Shown here piece after piece: positions 30,941-40,528 of a DNA stretch of 64,000 nt (its first letter is position 1; each line of letters starts with the position of its first letter). The DNA is from an uncultured Dehalococcoidia bacterium. Its GTDB lineage: Bacteria > Chloroflexota > Dehalococcoidia > Lucifugimonadales > UBA3495. A model generated the notes under the pieces. The model was not told the DNA's origin, searched no databases, and saw nothing but the letters and a program-made list of their open reading frames with translations. A program made the translations under genes and the position numbers. Location: the NCBI GenBank assembly GCA_950072105.1, contig CATMOE010000005.1, positions 1 to 64,000 on the forward strand, written 5' to 3'.

Positions 30941-31969
30941 ATGCGCGTGGCCATGTACTACAACAACCATGACGTTCGCTTGGAAGAGATGCCGGTTCCG
31001 GAGATTGGACCCGGAGAGTTGCTGCTCAAGGTTGAGGCCAGCGGCCTGTGCGGCAGCGACGTGATGGAGTGGTACCGGATCCAGCGAGCTCCGATGGTAT
31101 TGGGCCATGAAGTTTCAGGTGAGGTCGTCCAGGTTGGGGCGGGCGTGGATCGATACAAAGAGGGCGACCGGATGGTGGTGACCCACCACGTGCCCTGCAA
31201 TGCCTGTCACTGGTGTTTGAATAACCGCCACACTGCCTGCGACACTTTACACCAAACGAATTTTGACCCCGGCGGTTTTTCCGAGTATCTTCGTATCCCT
31301 CAGATCAACGTGGACCGGGGTGTCTTTCCTATTCCAGGCCATGTTTCGTATGAGGAAGCTTCCATCACCGAGCCGCTGGCCTGCGTGTACCGAGGCCAAA
31401 AAAGGGCTAACCTTCAACCGGGACAAAACGTATTGGTACTTGGTAGCGGATTGGCGGGACTGCTTCACATCAACCTGGCCCGGGCTTTGGGAGCAGGGCG
31501 AATAATCGCTACGGATATGGTCGATTACCGGCTACAGGCCGCCCGGAGGCTTGGGGCCGATACTGCGTTCTCGGCTACAGAAGACGTGCCCTCCCGGTTG
31601 CGGGAGGCCAACGATGGCCGTCTGGCGGAGCTGGTGATAGTTTGCACCGGAGCGCTCCCGGCGTTGAATCAGGCGTTGAGATCGGTGGAACGGGGCGGCA
31701 CCGTCCTATTCTTCGCGCCCACCGAGCCGGGCGTTTCCCTTCCGGTCGAGATAAACGACGTCTTTTTCCGGAACGACGTGACCCTCACCACCACCTACGC
31801 CGGCGCTCCCGCCGACCTGGCCACGGCACTGGAGATGATTGGGTCGGGCAGAGTGCAGGTCGGCGATATGATCAGCCACCGCTTGGGGCTGGCCGAAGCC
31901 GGACTGGGCTTCAGGCTCACGGCGGAGGCCGGGGATTCCTTGAAGGTGATCATTCAACCCCAGAGGTAA
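30941..31969 (+). CDS. Zn-dependent medium-chain (polyol) dehydrogenase
   Basis: CGSD, GHE..G, CxxCxxC(x7)C, GSGLAG. Confidence 0.9.
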   Translation: MRVAMYYNNHDVRLEEMPVPEIGPGELLLKVEASGLCGSDVMEWYRIQRAPMVLGHEVSGEVVQVGAGVDRYKEGDRMVVTHHVPCNACHWCLNNRHTACDTLHQTNFDPGGFSEYLRIPQINVDRGVFPIPGHVSYEEASITEPLACVYRGQKRANLQPGQNVLVLGSGLAGLLHINLARALGAGRIIATDMVDYRLQAARRLGADTAFSATEDVPSRLREANDGRLAELVIVCTGALPALNQALRSVERGGTVLFFAPTEPGVSLPVEINDVFFRNDVTLTTTYAGAPADLATALEMIGSGRVQVGDMISHRLGLAEAGLGFRLTAEAGDSLKVIIQPQR

Positions 31970-32158
31970 GGGGTCCTCTTCCCATACCGGTCTGACCCTG
32001 AGTACGATGTTCTTGAAACGCACCCCTTTTTATTCGAAAGAGATGTATCGTTATCATTCGGGTTAGACGACCCATGGTGGTAAGATTTCCCCTCGGGGCA
32101 CTTAGAAGCTGAGAATCCTAAGCCGAGGATTCGCCGTATTTGCCGTTGGGAGACCTCG

Positions 32159-32365
32159 ATGTTCCGCCCCGTGGCCTGCCCATTGAGAGCATTAATATTC
32201 ACGATCTTTGCTCTTTTGACTCTTGGCGTAGCTGCTAGCGTCGCTGAGCCGACCCAGGTCCCTACCGCCGTTCCTCAGGTCGAACCTACGCCTGTTGATA
32301 CTCCTGACGTAAGCGCGACCGTCATCGCCGCGATAGCAGCGACGGCCGAAGCCCAGAACCAGTAA
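32159..32365 (+). CDS. Short secreted Pro/Thr-rich peptide or gene fragment
   Basis: Signal-like segment followed by PT..PTP..TPDVSATV; ends early. Confidence 0.35.
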   Translation: MFRPVACPLRALIFTIFALLTLGVAASVAEPTQVPTAVPQVEPTPVDTPDVSATVIAAIAATAEAQNQ

Positions 32366-32602
32366 GATGCCTGACTTGGCGTTGTAACCCAACGTTGCAG
32401 CCCCCCAAGAAAGCCTCTGTAGTCATTCATTGTGACGCAGCTAAGGAGCAATCTCCACTACCCGATGGCGGATCGGCTTTAAGCTCTTTGGTGGGATATT
32501 GTTGAGGAAAGGCTGCATAGGGGGTGGCGGTTTCGCGGCAAGAAAGGGGCCGAATCGCCTATTTTCGTGGTGATGACCAGCCATTTGGCGGGCGTCAAAG
32601 GG

Positions 32603-34042
32603 CTACTTGCGGAACTTGTCCAGGGGCAGTTTGTCCACGGGAATCTTATCCAAAGGCAACTTGTCCAATGGAAGCTTACCCACAGGCAGCTTGTCGACGG
32701 AGAAATCACTCAAAAGGCCGTCTAAAGGGGTATCTTCCAACTCGAGCTTGTCCACAAGACTGTCCAAAGGAATTGCATCTATGGGAACGTTATCGACGAA
32801 AATCTTGCGCACTGGGGCCATCTTGGTCCAAGGAGGCATCTTCAATTCCGGAAATTCCGTGGGGAGTTTATCCACGGGTATCTTCTCTATGGTGACCTGG
32901 TCCAGGGGAATGTTTTCCCATGGGATGCTGTCCTTTGGAACCACCTGCCACGCTTTTCTGGACGACTCTCTCTCGGCGTCGGCAGCGGTAACCAACCACC
33001 CAACGTTCAAGCAGGGATCGCTGTCGAAGGAATTGGACGGATCGCAACTGGATTGTAGCTCTCTCAAGGAGGCGTAATAGGATTTGAGGACGTGTTTAGG
33101 AAAGTCCAATAGCTGGAATAGGGCACTGGACTGGATGTCGTCCGGGGCCAACTGCGCGCCTTCCCCGTCGAACTGCAGTAGTTTGCCCACGTGCTCGTAG
33201 TCGATGAGCATCCCCGGGATGCGCGGAATAGGGTCGCCGTCCACGACCACCCGGTAGTTGTCCGGCACCAACTCTTCATAGGCCTGGCGGAACTTTTTCC
33301 CGCCGACCCTGGGCTGGCCGAAGGTGTAAACCGTGACCGGCCTCTGGGTGTGGGCCGCGATATCGAAGCTGCTCAAAACGGCCAGGGCGCCGCCCAGGCT
33401 GTGCCCTGTCACGTATATGTCCTTATCCGGGTGTTGGCCCACGTACTCAAGGATACGGTTCCGGTAGCGCAGATATTCGTTGTGGAAACCGGCATGAACG
33501 TTGATTTTCCGGTATTCCTTGGCGTTGGGCACAGAATCGTCGATGAAGTCGATTTTGGTGGGGTAGGCTCTGATGTCGGTCAAGACGTTCAAGGTCAGCT
33601 CCCAGCCGTCGTCGGAATCCGTGGAGCGAAAGGCAACCACCAGGTTATCGCCGGTGGTGGCGACGTAGGCTTGGCCACCGCTCATGGGAGGCGACTCGAC
33701 TCCCCAGATGTCTATCCCACTTCCCTCTTGATTGGTATCTCGGATTACTTCTCCCACCAACTCATACCGATTGTCGGCCAGCTTGTCCTTGATCGTGTCT
33801 TCGTCGGCCAAAACCCAGATGGTGTGTCGAAACATCCGCACTGCGTTTGTGGCGACATCCAGGCCGAATTCCTTTACGGCTTCATCGATGCTTTCTTCCA
33901 GTGCGGCCAACTTTTCCTGGACGGACAGCTGGGTAACCGAGGGAGGGTTCTCCGCGACCGCCACGGTCGGCGCTGACCCTCCGCAGGCCATCAAAAGCAT
34001 TGTCATCAAGCCGGACATGCCGGCGAAGGTCATCCGCAACAT
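32603..34042 (-). CDS. Class 3 lipase lipoprotein with C-terminal pentapeptide repeats
   Basis: Lipobox LMAC, VVAFR.T, VHAGF, VTGHSLGGALA, YTFGQPRVG, D.IPRIP; (P-L/V-D-K-L/I)n tail. Confidence 0.88.
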   Translation of the reverse strand: MLRMTFAGMSGLMTMLLMACGGSAPTVAVAENPPSVTQLSVQEKLAALEESIDEAVKEFGLDVATNAVRMFRHTIWVLADEDTIKDKLADNRYELVGEVIRDTNQEGSGIDIWGVESPPMSGGQAYVATTGDNLVVAFRSTDSDDGWELTLNVLTDIRAYPTKIDFIDDSVPNAKEYRKINVHAGFHNEYLRYRNRILEYVGQHPDKDIYVTGHSLGGALAVLSSFDIAAHTQRPVTVYTFGQPRVGGKKFRQAYEELVPDNYRVVVDGDPIPRIPGMLIDYEHVGKLLQFDGEGAQLAPDDIQSSALFQLLDFPKHVLKSYYASLRELQSSCDPSNSFDSDPCLNVGWLVTAADAERESSRKAWQVVPKDSIPWENIPLDQVTIEKIPVDKLPTEFPELKMPPWTKMAPVRKIFVDNVPIDAIPLDSLVDKLELEDTPLDGLLSDFSVDKLPVGKLPLDKLPLDKIPVDKLPLDKFRK

Positions 34043-34215
34043 AGCCCTTCCCGAAAAACCAAAGAGTTCAGGGCTTTATCATCCGCTATTTGCCACCTCC
34101 GACGCAAGCCGTTTGGAGGTAACCTGCTCTTACTATTGTTATCCAGCTGCCTTCCCCAGATGAGTTGACAGCGTCATCCGATGCTTTACCAACCTCATCC
34201 CGATGTCCCCAGCAA

Positions 34216-34242
34216 TGTCATCCCGAGCGCAGCGAAAGATCT
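34216..34242. repeat. REP-like half element (GTCATCCCGAGCGCAGCGA..GATCT type)
   Basis: tgtcatcccgagcgcagcgaaagatct, with degenerate tcatcc(c)ga copies just upstream. Confidence 0.5.
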
Positions 34243-34316
34243 GGCGCGGGCCCCTCTCCCCGGCTTGCTTATCCTTTCCGCGAGGGTGTTATCATGGGGC
34301 CGAAAAGGGGGATGTT

Positions 34317-34511
34317 ATGAATTCATTTATGGACCGGGCCAAACGTAGTGGACTGCCGATTTGGGCCGCCCTGTTCGCCACTCTGATTATACTGGTGGCG
34401 ATCCTAGGCTTCATCATGGGAATGACCACCGTGGTCATGGGCATCGCCATCGTAGGAGCAGTGATTATTGGGGTCAGTGGGCTGGTGGTGCTGCGGAAGT
34501 TTTTTGCGTGA
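34317..34511 (+). CDS. Small two-TM membrane protein
   Basis: ATG after AAGGGGGA; two hydrophobic helices. Confidence 0.6.
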   Translation: MNSFMDRAKRSGLPIWAALFATLIILVAILGFIMGMTTVVMGIAIVGAVIIGVSGLVVLRKFFA

Positions 34512-34590
34512 TTGGAGGTGTCAGAAGTAACTCCAAGACAAGCACCATCACAATGTCCGTCTAGAGCTACTCCGGCCCGATGGCGCTAGT

Positions 34591-35115
34591 TTAGGGTAAG
34601 ACTGCACCGGTGCCGGGAGGGAGGTCCCAATTCTGGTTCTGGAGGTCGTGGATGTAGGCCACCTGACCGTGGCGATTGTTCTTGTGTCTGATTAAATGCC
34701 GCAAGTTTCCGGCCACACTCTGCTCGGGCCGGGACGGGCAGATGGGCTGATCAAGGTTGTCGGCCGTCAAATCGCCCAGCAGTCTTCGAATTCGCTCGCC
34801 GACAGCTTGAGAGTAACCCAATAAAACGGTCAGGTCCGGTATAGCCAACACCCGGAGGCTCATCCGATCAGCTGGATCCGGCGCATCCACGGGCTGGCCA
34901 AACTTCTCATGCCAACCGCCCACAACGTAGACCCGTTTTCCAGTCGGGGTATCAGATTGTCCTCGGCCCGTGTCACATGCCAGAGGATGACTCCGACATT
35001 GTTGGAGTAGGGCGAGCCGGCAAAGCACTTCTTCTTGGGTTAGATCCTCGCAGGTCTCTCTAAGCCTGATCGGTGCCTGCTCCAAACAGTCCGAGATAAA
35101 ACTTACCGAGGCCAC
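34591..35115 (-). pseudogene. DinB-family protein with internal compensating frameshifts
   Basis: N-terminal ..DLTQEE and C-terminal LRHLIRHKNNRHGQVAYI are DinB-like; the conserved segment NNVGVILWHVTRAED lies in another frame. Confidence 0.7.
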
Positions 35116-35682
35116 AGCGCCCCCATACACCTGCCTACCAAGGCGTTTACGGTTCCTCAGGTTAGGAATTATACCCAGGCAAAGCAATCCCAGGAAACTT
35201 GGCAAGCTGGCCCGCTTTGTCAAATTCACCGAGGGGCCATGCTCCAAGGCCTACCCTTCCCACTTTAGATCTGAGGGCTGCTAAGCAACACGCGGTTTAA
35301 AATGCCGAATGAACCCAAAGTTAGCTAGATTCTATTCTTTCGACTTGATATTCTTTGTTTACCAGTAAGAATATCGACGGGTTCTACCGGATCACGAGAT
35401 GAAGTAGGATCGGTGAGGGTTGACAGCCTATATTAGGCATTGTCCGACCGGGGGGCACGACCAGAACCCTTGGTGCTACGCCGGTGGTCTCAGTTGACAC
35501 TCTGCCATTGCCACCAAATCCCCCCTATCCCGGCGCAGTCAGGTTTTAAACTTCACCTGCTTCATTCTGGCGTGTTCCCGGATTTTTTGGGTCACGTTAT
35601 GGATTGGAGTGTTAGATAGACTGTAAAAGGCCACCTTAATCGGTGTCCTCTTTAGTTCATTGTGAACCAAAATTAAAATAAA

Positions 35683-35752
35683 TGGCGGGAGTGCGAGGGG
35701 GTCGAACCCACCTGCCCAGCTCGTCACGAGGTATGACGGATTTGGAGTTCGC
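35683..35752 (-). repeat. Degenerate copy of the tRNA-Sec 3' portion (distal attR-like site)
   Basis: 62/70 identical to 40412-40481; no 5' half. Confidence 0.85.
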
Positions 35753-36259
35753 TCATAGAGGTACCGATAGGTTTTTCTAGCGCTGTACGGTTTGTATTTC
35801 GTGCCTAACATGGGCTGACTCGTCCATATGGTCATGTTCGTTGGTGGGAAGTTCTTGCACATTTCCGTGCACATTTTTTCGAGGCCGGAAGTGGGGCGAT
35901 CAGCTAATCCGATTAGATGTCGTTCCGAGGATGATTCTCATAAAGAGTCAATGGCTCGAGCGGATATTCTTAACCCGTCAAATTATTGATCTTCCTGAAA
36001 TTTTTATCGGGATCGAGCATCTCTGATTCCTTAATCTAAAAAACCCCTTCCAGCGGCTACCGTCTACACGATTTCCTCCGATTCGCTAGCATGAAGTTCC
36101 AACAATGATATGAGTTCACTGTCAGGCTTAGACGTAGGACTAGGCAATGTCAATTTGGCTAGCATATAATCGGTATTGATTCTTATGGCCTGGACGATAG
36201 TTAAATATCTCTTGCCAACTTGTATCACCACGTGAAACTTAGTTATCAAGGAGAGGAAC

Positions 36260-38488
36260 ATGCCAGAAGCGTCCCAGATCATTTACACCAAGATCGATGA
36301 GGCCCCGGCCCTAGCATCGCACTCGTTGTTGCCTATCCTCCGGGCCTTTACCAAGGGGTCCGGGATTGAACTGGAGGCCTGGGATATCTCGTTGACCGGC
36401 CGCATCATCGCCAATTTCCCAGATAATCTGACCGAAGAGCAAAAGCTCCCCGATTATCTGTCTATGTCGAGTGTACTGTGCGACGACCCGTCGGCGAACA
36501 TAATCAAACTGCCCAATATCAGTGCCTCTATTCCCCAGTTAAAAGGCGCGCTCAAGGAGTTGCAGGAAAAGGGATACGATATCCCCGACTACCCCGATGA
36601 GCCTGTGACCGACGAACAACACAAATTGTTCGAGCGGTTTTCCAGAGTGTTGGGAAGCGCGGTAAACCCGGTGCTGCGGGAAGGGAACTCCGATCGCCGG
36701 TCGGCCACCGCAGTCAAGGAGCACGGTAAGCGCAATCCGCATCGGATGATGCGGGACTGGCCGGAGGTTTCTAAATCCCGCGTTGCCCACATGACCAGTG
36801 GGGATTTCTACGGCAGTGAACAGGCCGTGACGATTTCGGCGGCGGGTTCGGCGGTGATTGAGTTCGTGGACCTAAATGGGCGTGGGACCGTGCTCAAATC
36901 CGATATTCCCTTGACCGCTGGTGAAATCATCGATTGTGCCGTGATGGATATCAGGGAGCTGCGCGCATTCTACGCTGAAGAGATGGACAAGGCCAAAGCT
37001 GATGGCGTGTTGCTTTCTCTACATCTGAAGTCGACCATGATGCGCGTGTCCGATCCGATAATTTTCGGACATTGTGTGTCGATTTTCTATGAGGACGTGT
37101 TTAAGAAACACGCGGCTGAGATGGATGAGATTGCCGTGAACCCTGACAATGGAGTGGCTGAACTCTACACCAAGATTCGGGATCTGACCGACGAAAAACG
37201 AGAGGAGATCGAGGCAGATATCCAGGAGGTTTATCGCGTCCGTCCCGAATTGATGATGGTGGACTCCAACCGGGGTATCACCAATCTGCACGTGCCGAGC
37301 GATGTGATTATCGATGCCACCATGCCGGTGATGGTCCGCGATGGCGGAAAAACCTGGGGCCCGGATAACGAGCTGCACGACACGGTCGCAATGATTCCTG
37401 ATCGCTCTTATGCGACCCTATATCAGGCGATTATCGAAGATTGCCAGGAGCATGGGGCGTTCGATCCGGCCACCATCGGCAGTGTCGCGAATGTCGGCCT
37501 GATGGCCCAAAGGGCCGAAGAATATGGGTCTCACGACAAGACCTTTCAATCTCCCGGTAACGGGACGATTCGGGTGGTGGACGCCTCAGGCACGACTCTG
37601 ATGGAACAGCGCGCCCAAGAAGGCGATATCTTCCGAATGTGCCAGACCAAGGACGAGCCGATCCAGGACTGGGTCAAGCTTGGAGTCAATCGGGCTAGGT
37701 TGACCGGCACGCCGGCCATCTTTTGGTTGGACCCGAACCGGGCTCACGACGCCGAGCTGATCAAGAAGGTGGACCAATATCTGCCCACGCACGACACGGC
37801 AGGGTTGGAAATTCGCACTATGTCTACTATCGATGCGATGGCATTTACGATGGGGCGCAGCCGAGCCGGCCAGGACACGATCTCCGTGACCGGCAACGTG
37901 CTGCGTGACTACCTGACCGACCTCTTCCCCATCCTGGAATTGGGTACCAGCGCCAAGATGCTTTCCGTGGTCCCTCTGCTCAAAGGTGGTGGGATGTTTG
38001 AGACGGGCGCCGGCGGTTCGGCCCCACGGCACGTACAGCAGTTCCTGCAGGAGGGGCATCTGCGCTGGGATTCTCTGGGTGAATTCTGTGCCCTAGTCGC
38101 TTCCTTCGAGCATCTAGGTCAGGTATTTGACAACGACAAGGCTAAGCTCCTGGCCGCGACCCTGGATCAAGCGATCGGGCAGCATTTGGAACACAATCGG
38201 GCACCATCGCGCCGGGTGAACGAACTTGACACCCGAGGCAGTCATTTCTACCTTGCTCTATACTGGGCGGAAGCGCTGGCCAAGCAGACCCAAGATCCAG
38301 AGCTGCAAGCCCGCTTTGCCGGAGTAGCTAAGCAGTTGGGCGACAACGAAGACAAGATCGTTCAGGAGCTTAACGACGCTCAGGGACATCCGGTGGACAT
38401 CGGTGGGTATTACCTTCCCAATGATGATATGACCGCCAAATGCATGCGCCCCAGCGCCACTCTGAACGCAATCGTGGACGCGCTCTAA
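36260..38488 (+). CDS. icd: Monomeric NADP-dependent isocitrate dehydrogenase
   Basis: [63 protein letters not shown]. Confidence 0.96.
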   Translation: MPEASQIIYTKIDEAPALASHSLLPILRAFTKGSGIELEAWDISLTGRIIANFPDNLTEEQKLPDYLSMSSVLCDDPSANIIKLPNISASIPQLKGALKELQEKGYDIPDYPDEPVTDEQHKLFERFSRVLGSAVNPVLREGNSDRRSATAVKEHGKRNPHRMMRDWPEVSKSRVAHMTSGDFYGSEQAVTISAAGSAVIEFVDLNGRGTVLKSDIPLTAGEIIDCAVMDIRELRAFYAEEMDKAKADGVLLSLHLKSTMMRVSDPIIFGHCVSIFYEDVFKKHAAEMDEIAVNPDNGVAELYTKIRDLTDEKREEIEADIQEVYRVRPELMMVDSNRGITNLHVPSDVIIDATMPVMVRDGGKTWGPDNELHDTVAMIPDRSYATLYQAIIEDCQEHGAFDPATIGSVANVGLMAQRAEEYGSHDKTFQSPGNGTIRVVDASGTTLMEQRAQEGDIFRMCQTKDEPIQDWVKLGVNRARLTGTPAIFWLDPNRAHDAELIKKVDQYLPTHDTAGLEIRTMSTIDAMAFTMGRSRAGQDTISVTGNVLRDYLTDLFPILELGTSAKMLSVVPLLKGGGMFETGAGGSAPRHVQQFLQEGHLRWDSLGEFCALVASFEHLGQVFDNDKAKLLAATLDQAIGQHLEHNRAPSRRVNELDTRGSHFYLALYWAEALAKQTQDPELQARFAGVAKQLGDNEDKIVQELNDAQGHPVDIGGYYLPNDDMTAKCMRPSATLNAIVDAL

Positions 38489-38541
38489 TAGCACGCCGGC
38501 TGGCTGAGGCGCGGTCTTCGGCCAGCCGGTCACAATTCGGC

Positions 38542-38579
38542 AAAAAGAAGCTCCCGGCCGTTACAGTCAGGGGCTTTTT
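38542..38579. terminator. Hairpin/terminator downstream of the tRNA-copy (and of icd)
   Basis: aaaaagaagctcccgg..caggggcttttt, similar to the hairpin at 40359-40394. Confidence 0.5.
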
Positions 38580-38618
38580 CTTATTCGAAAGCAGGCGATT
38601 TCGTGCCTAATCAAGTGT

Positions 38619-38685
38619 TGGCGGGAGTGCGAGGGAGTCGAACCCACTTACCCCGCTCGTCTCGAGGCACAACGGATTTGAAGTC
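38619..38685 (-). repeat. Copy of the tRNA-Sec 3' portion (proximal attR-like site)
   Basis: 65/67 identical to 40412-40478; begins in the anticodon stem. Confidence 0.92.
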
Positions 38686-39011
38686 TCTTAGCAACGGTGT
38701 TTAGCTATGCCGTTGGATGTTGTGTCGTAGGCCGGTTGTAGCTAACAACACGGGGCAACACGGTTCGATCGGCAACGAACGTGCACCTTCTGTGCACATC
38801 AAGGCTTCTGCTCTCTAGCCCGCGATCTCCGCCTTGAGAGAGCCATGCTTTACATGTTGTTCTATATTGCCAGATATGTTTTTAGAACAACCTGTCCGAC
38901 TCCTTTTCGCTCGTTTGTATCTGTAGTGTTGCCGGGTGTTGCTACGTGTTAACATGTTTGACAGTAAAATGGCAGCAAGGATAACCGATTTTACTTCGTA
39001 CTGAAATTGTT

Positions 39012-39097
39012 TTCCCCGCAGCCCTCTTTCCGTTGCTCTTTGTGAGCAGCAATCGCATGTTTGGCTTGAGGTTCCGCTCTAGCTGTACCCCAGGCGC
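39012..39097. repeat. 86-bp direct repeat, copy A (copy B at 39903-39988)
   Basis: 74/86 identical, no indels. Confidence 0.85.
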
Positions 39098-39160
39098 GAT
39101 ATCTCTAAGGGCCTTCGCCCCGACATCCCAGGAACAGGAATCTGAAGGAGCCATCCCGCA

Positions 39161-39646
39161 ATGCCATCATTCGATGTAGTCTCCCGGACCGACCTTATGG
39201 AAGTCGATAACGCCATCCACGGCGTCGAACGTGAGATCAAGCAGCGGTTCGACCTGGCCAACACCAAGTGCGCCGTTTCCCGCTCGGAAAATACGATGAC
39301 GTTGATAGCCGACAACAACATGAAGATGGAACAGGTGGTAGAACTTTTGCGCCTATACCTGGCCAAGCGAAAGGTAGAGTTGGGGGCCCTGGATTTCGGC
39401 ACACCCCAGAACGCTGCGGGCGGCGTTTTGAGGGAGACGGCGTCCATCAAGCAGGGGATCGACGGTGACCTGGGTAGAATTATCAGCAAGGAAGTGAAGC
39501 GCGCCAAGATGAAAGTCCAGGTGACGATCCAAGGCCAGGAACTCCGGGTCTCGGCCAAGAAGAGGGACGACCTGCAGGCGACGATCTCACTGATCAAAGG
39601 GATGGAGAACCAGCAACCTCTGCAGTTCGTGAATTACCGGGACTGA
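39161..39646 (+). CDS. yajQ: YajQ family nucleotide/c-di-GMP-binding protein
   Basis: MPSFDVVS..D..EVDNA, QRFD, KVQ..IQG..LRVS.KKRDDLQ, PLQF.NYRD. Confidence 0.95.
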   Translation: MPSFDVVSRTDLMEVDNAIHGVEREIKQRFDLANTKCAVSRSENTMTLIADNNMKMEQVVELLRLYLAKRKVELGALDFGTPQNAAGGVLRETASIKQGIDGDLGRIISKEVKRAKMKVQVTIQGQELRVSAKKRDDLQATISLIKGMENQQPLQFVNYRD

Positions 39647-39902
39647 CCATGTAGGTATTGGACCAATCACAGGGCCAGTGCCTGTGGACCTGCGGCCCGG
39701 ACCAGGTGGTACTACCTGTCCACCCGCGCCTGCCATCCGGACTACTCACCCTTCACGTGGCGTAGGCGGACAAGCTCTGACCAACAGCCCACCGCTTCGT
39801 GCTTTTTAATAATAAGAAGCTTTCCCAGAACCCGAGGATGCCAAGAGCCGCGGGCTGCTTTCGCTGACCACGATCCGCCGAACCAACGCGGGTTAGCTTG
39901 CA

Positions 39903-39988
39903 TTCCCCGCAGCCCTCTTTACGCTGCTCTTTGTGAGCCACAATTGCCTGTTCAGCTTGAAGTTCTGTTCTCGCTGTACCCCAGGCGC
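39903..39988. repeat. 86-bp direct repeat, copy B
   Basis: See 39012-39097. Confidence 0.85.
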
Positions 39989-40358
39989 CACATCGACACC
40001 GTGGTCGTTAGCGTAATTTGGCCATCAATATTGCTGCCGACGGCTCTCGTCTGCTTACTCGCCTGGAAGGGTAAATTAAAAGATGGCCAGGGATCCTGTA
40101 GGTTTCCTGCCAAGGTGGCGGGAATGACGATAGTGAGCGCTTTTATTTACACTGGAATTGGAAAGATTCCTTGGGTGGTCTGCTTTTGATGGCCAAGCCC
40201 GACTCAGGGGAGTTTAGCGCTGTTGGAGCCTAGTTATCAAATGATGAAGCCGGGCAGAAACGGGGCGGCCTGGCAGCCTCCTTGCTGGCCCTTGATGCCA
40301 AGCTGTCCCGGAAATAGTCTGTGCACATTGGCCCGAGAAAGCGGTAACTGGCCACCCC

Positions 40359-40394
40359 AAAAAGACAGCCCCCGGGCGGTCCCAGGGGCTGTTT
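40359..40394 (-). terminator. Terminator after selC
   Basis: acagcccc.ggg..ccc.aggggctgt stem with a T-run on the minus strand. Confidence 0.6.
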
Positions 40395-40411
40395 GTTGAG
40401 CCTAATTTAAA

Positions 40412-40508
40412 TGGCGGGAGTGCGAGGGAGTCGAACCCACCTACCCCGCTCGTCACGAGGCACAACGGATTTGAAGTCCGCAAGAGCCACCGGGCCCCTT
40501 CCACTCCC
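40412..40508 (-). tRNA. selC: tRNA-Sec (anticodon UCA)
   Basis: 97 nt; GGGAGTG..CACTCCC-G-CCA acceptor, GCGGA-CTTCAAA-TCCGT anticodon arm, long variable arm, GGGTTCGACTCCC T-arm. Confidence 0.93.
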
Positions 40509-40528
40509 CCGATAAACTGCTGGTCTGT

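Larger units (their letters stand above)
35753..38618. mobile_element. Integrase-less cassette 2 at selC (carries icd)
   Basis: Bounded by tRNA 3' duplications; TGCAC tandem at 35855-35872; ATTTCGTGCCTAA near both ends. Confidence 0.6.
38686..40411. mobile_element. Integrase-less cassette 1 at selC (carries yajQ)
   Basis: Lies between intact selC and the 67-bp duplication; GTGCAC motifs at 38781, 38792 and 40321. Confidence 0.65.

Noticed and set aside
35683..35752. Second tRNA with CCA (Trp-like) anticodon
   Set aside because: The 5' half and acceptor strand are missing; it is a decayed att copy of selC.
38619..38685. Additional tRNA-Sec gene
   Set aside because: Only the 3' 67 nt are present.
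40214..40504. 96-aa ORF
   Set aside because: Overlaps tRNA-Sec and its terminator; spurious.
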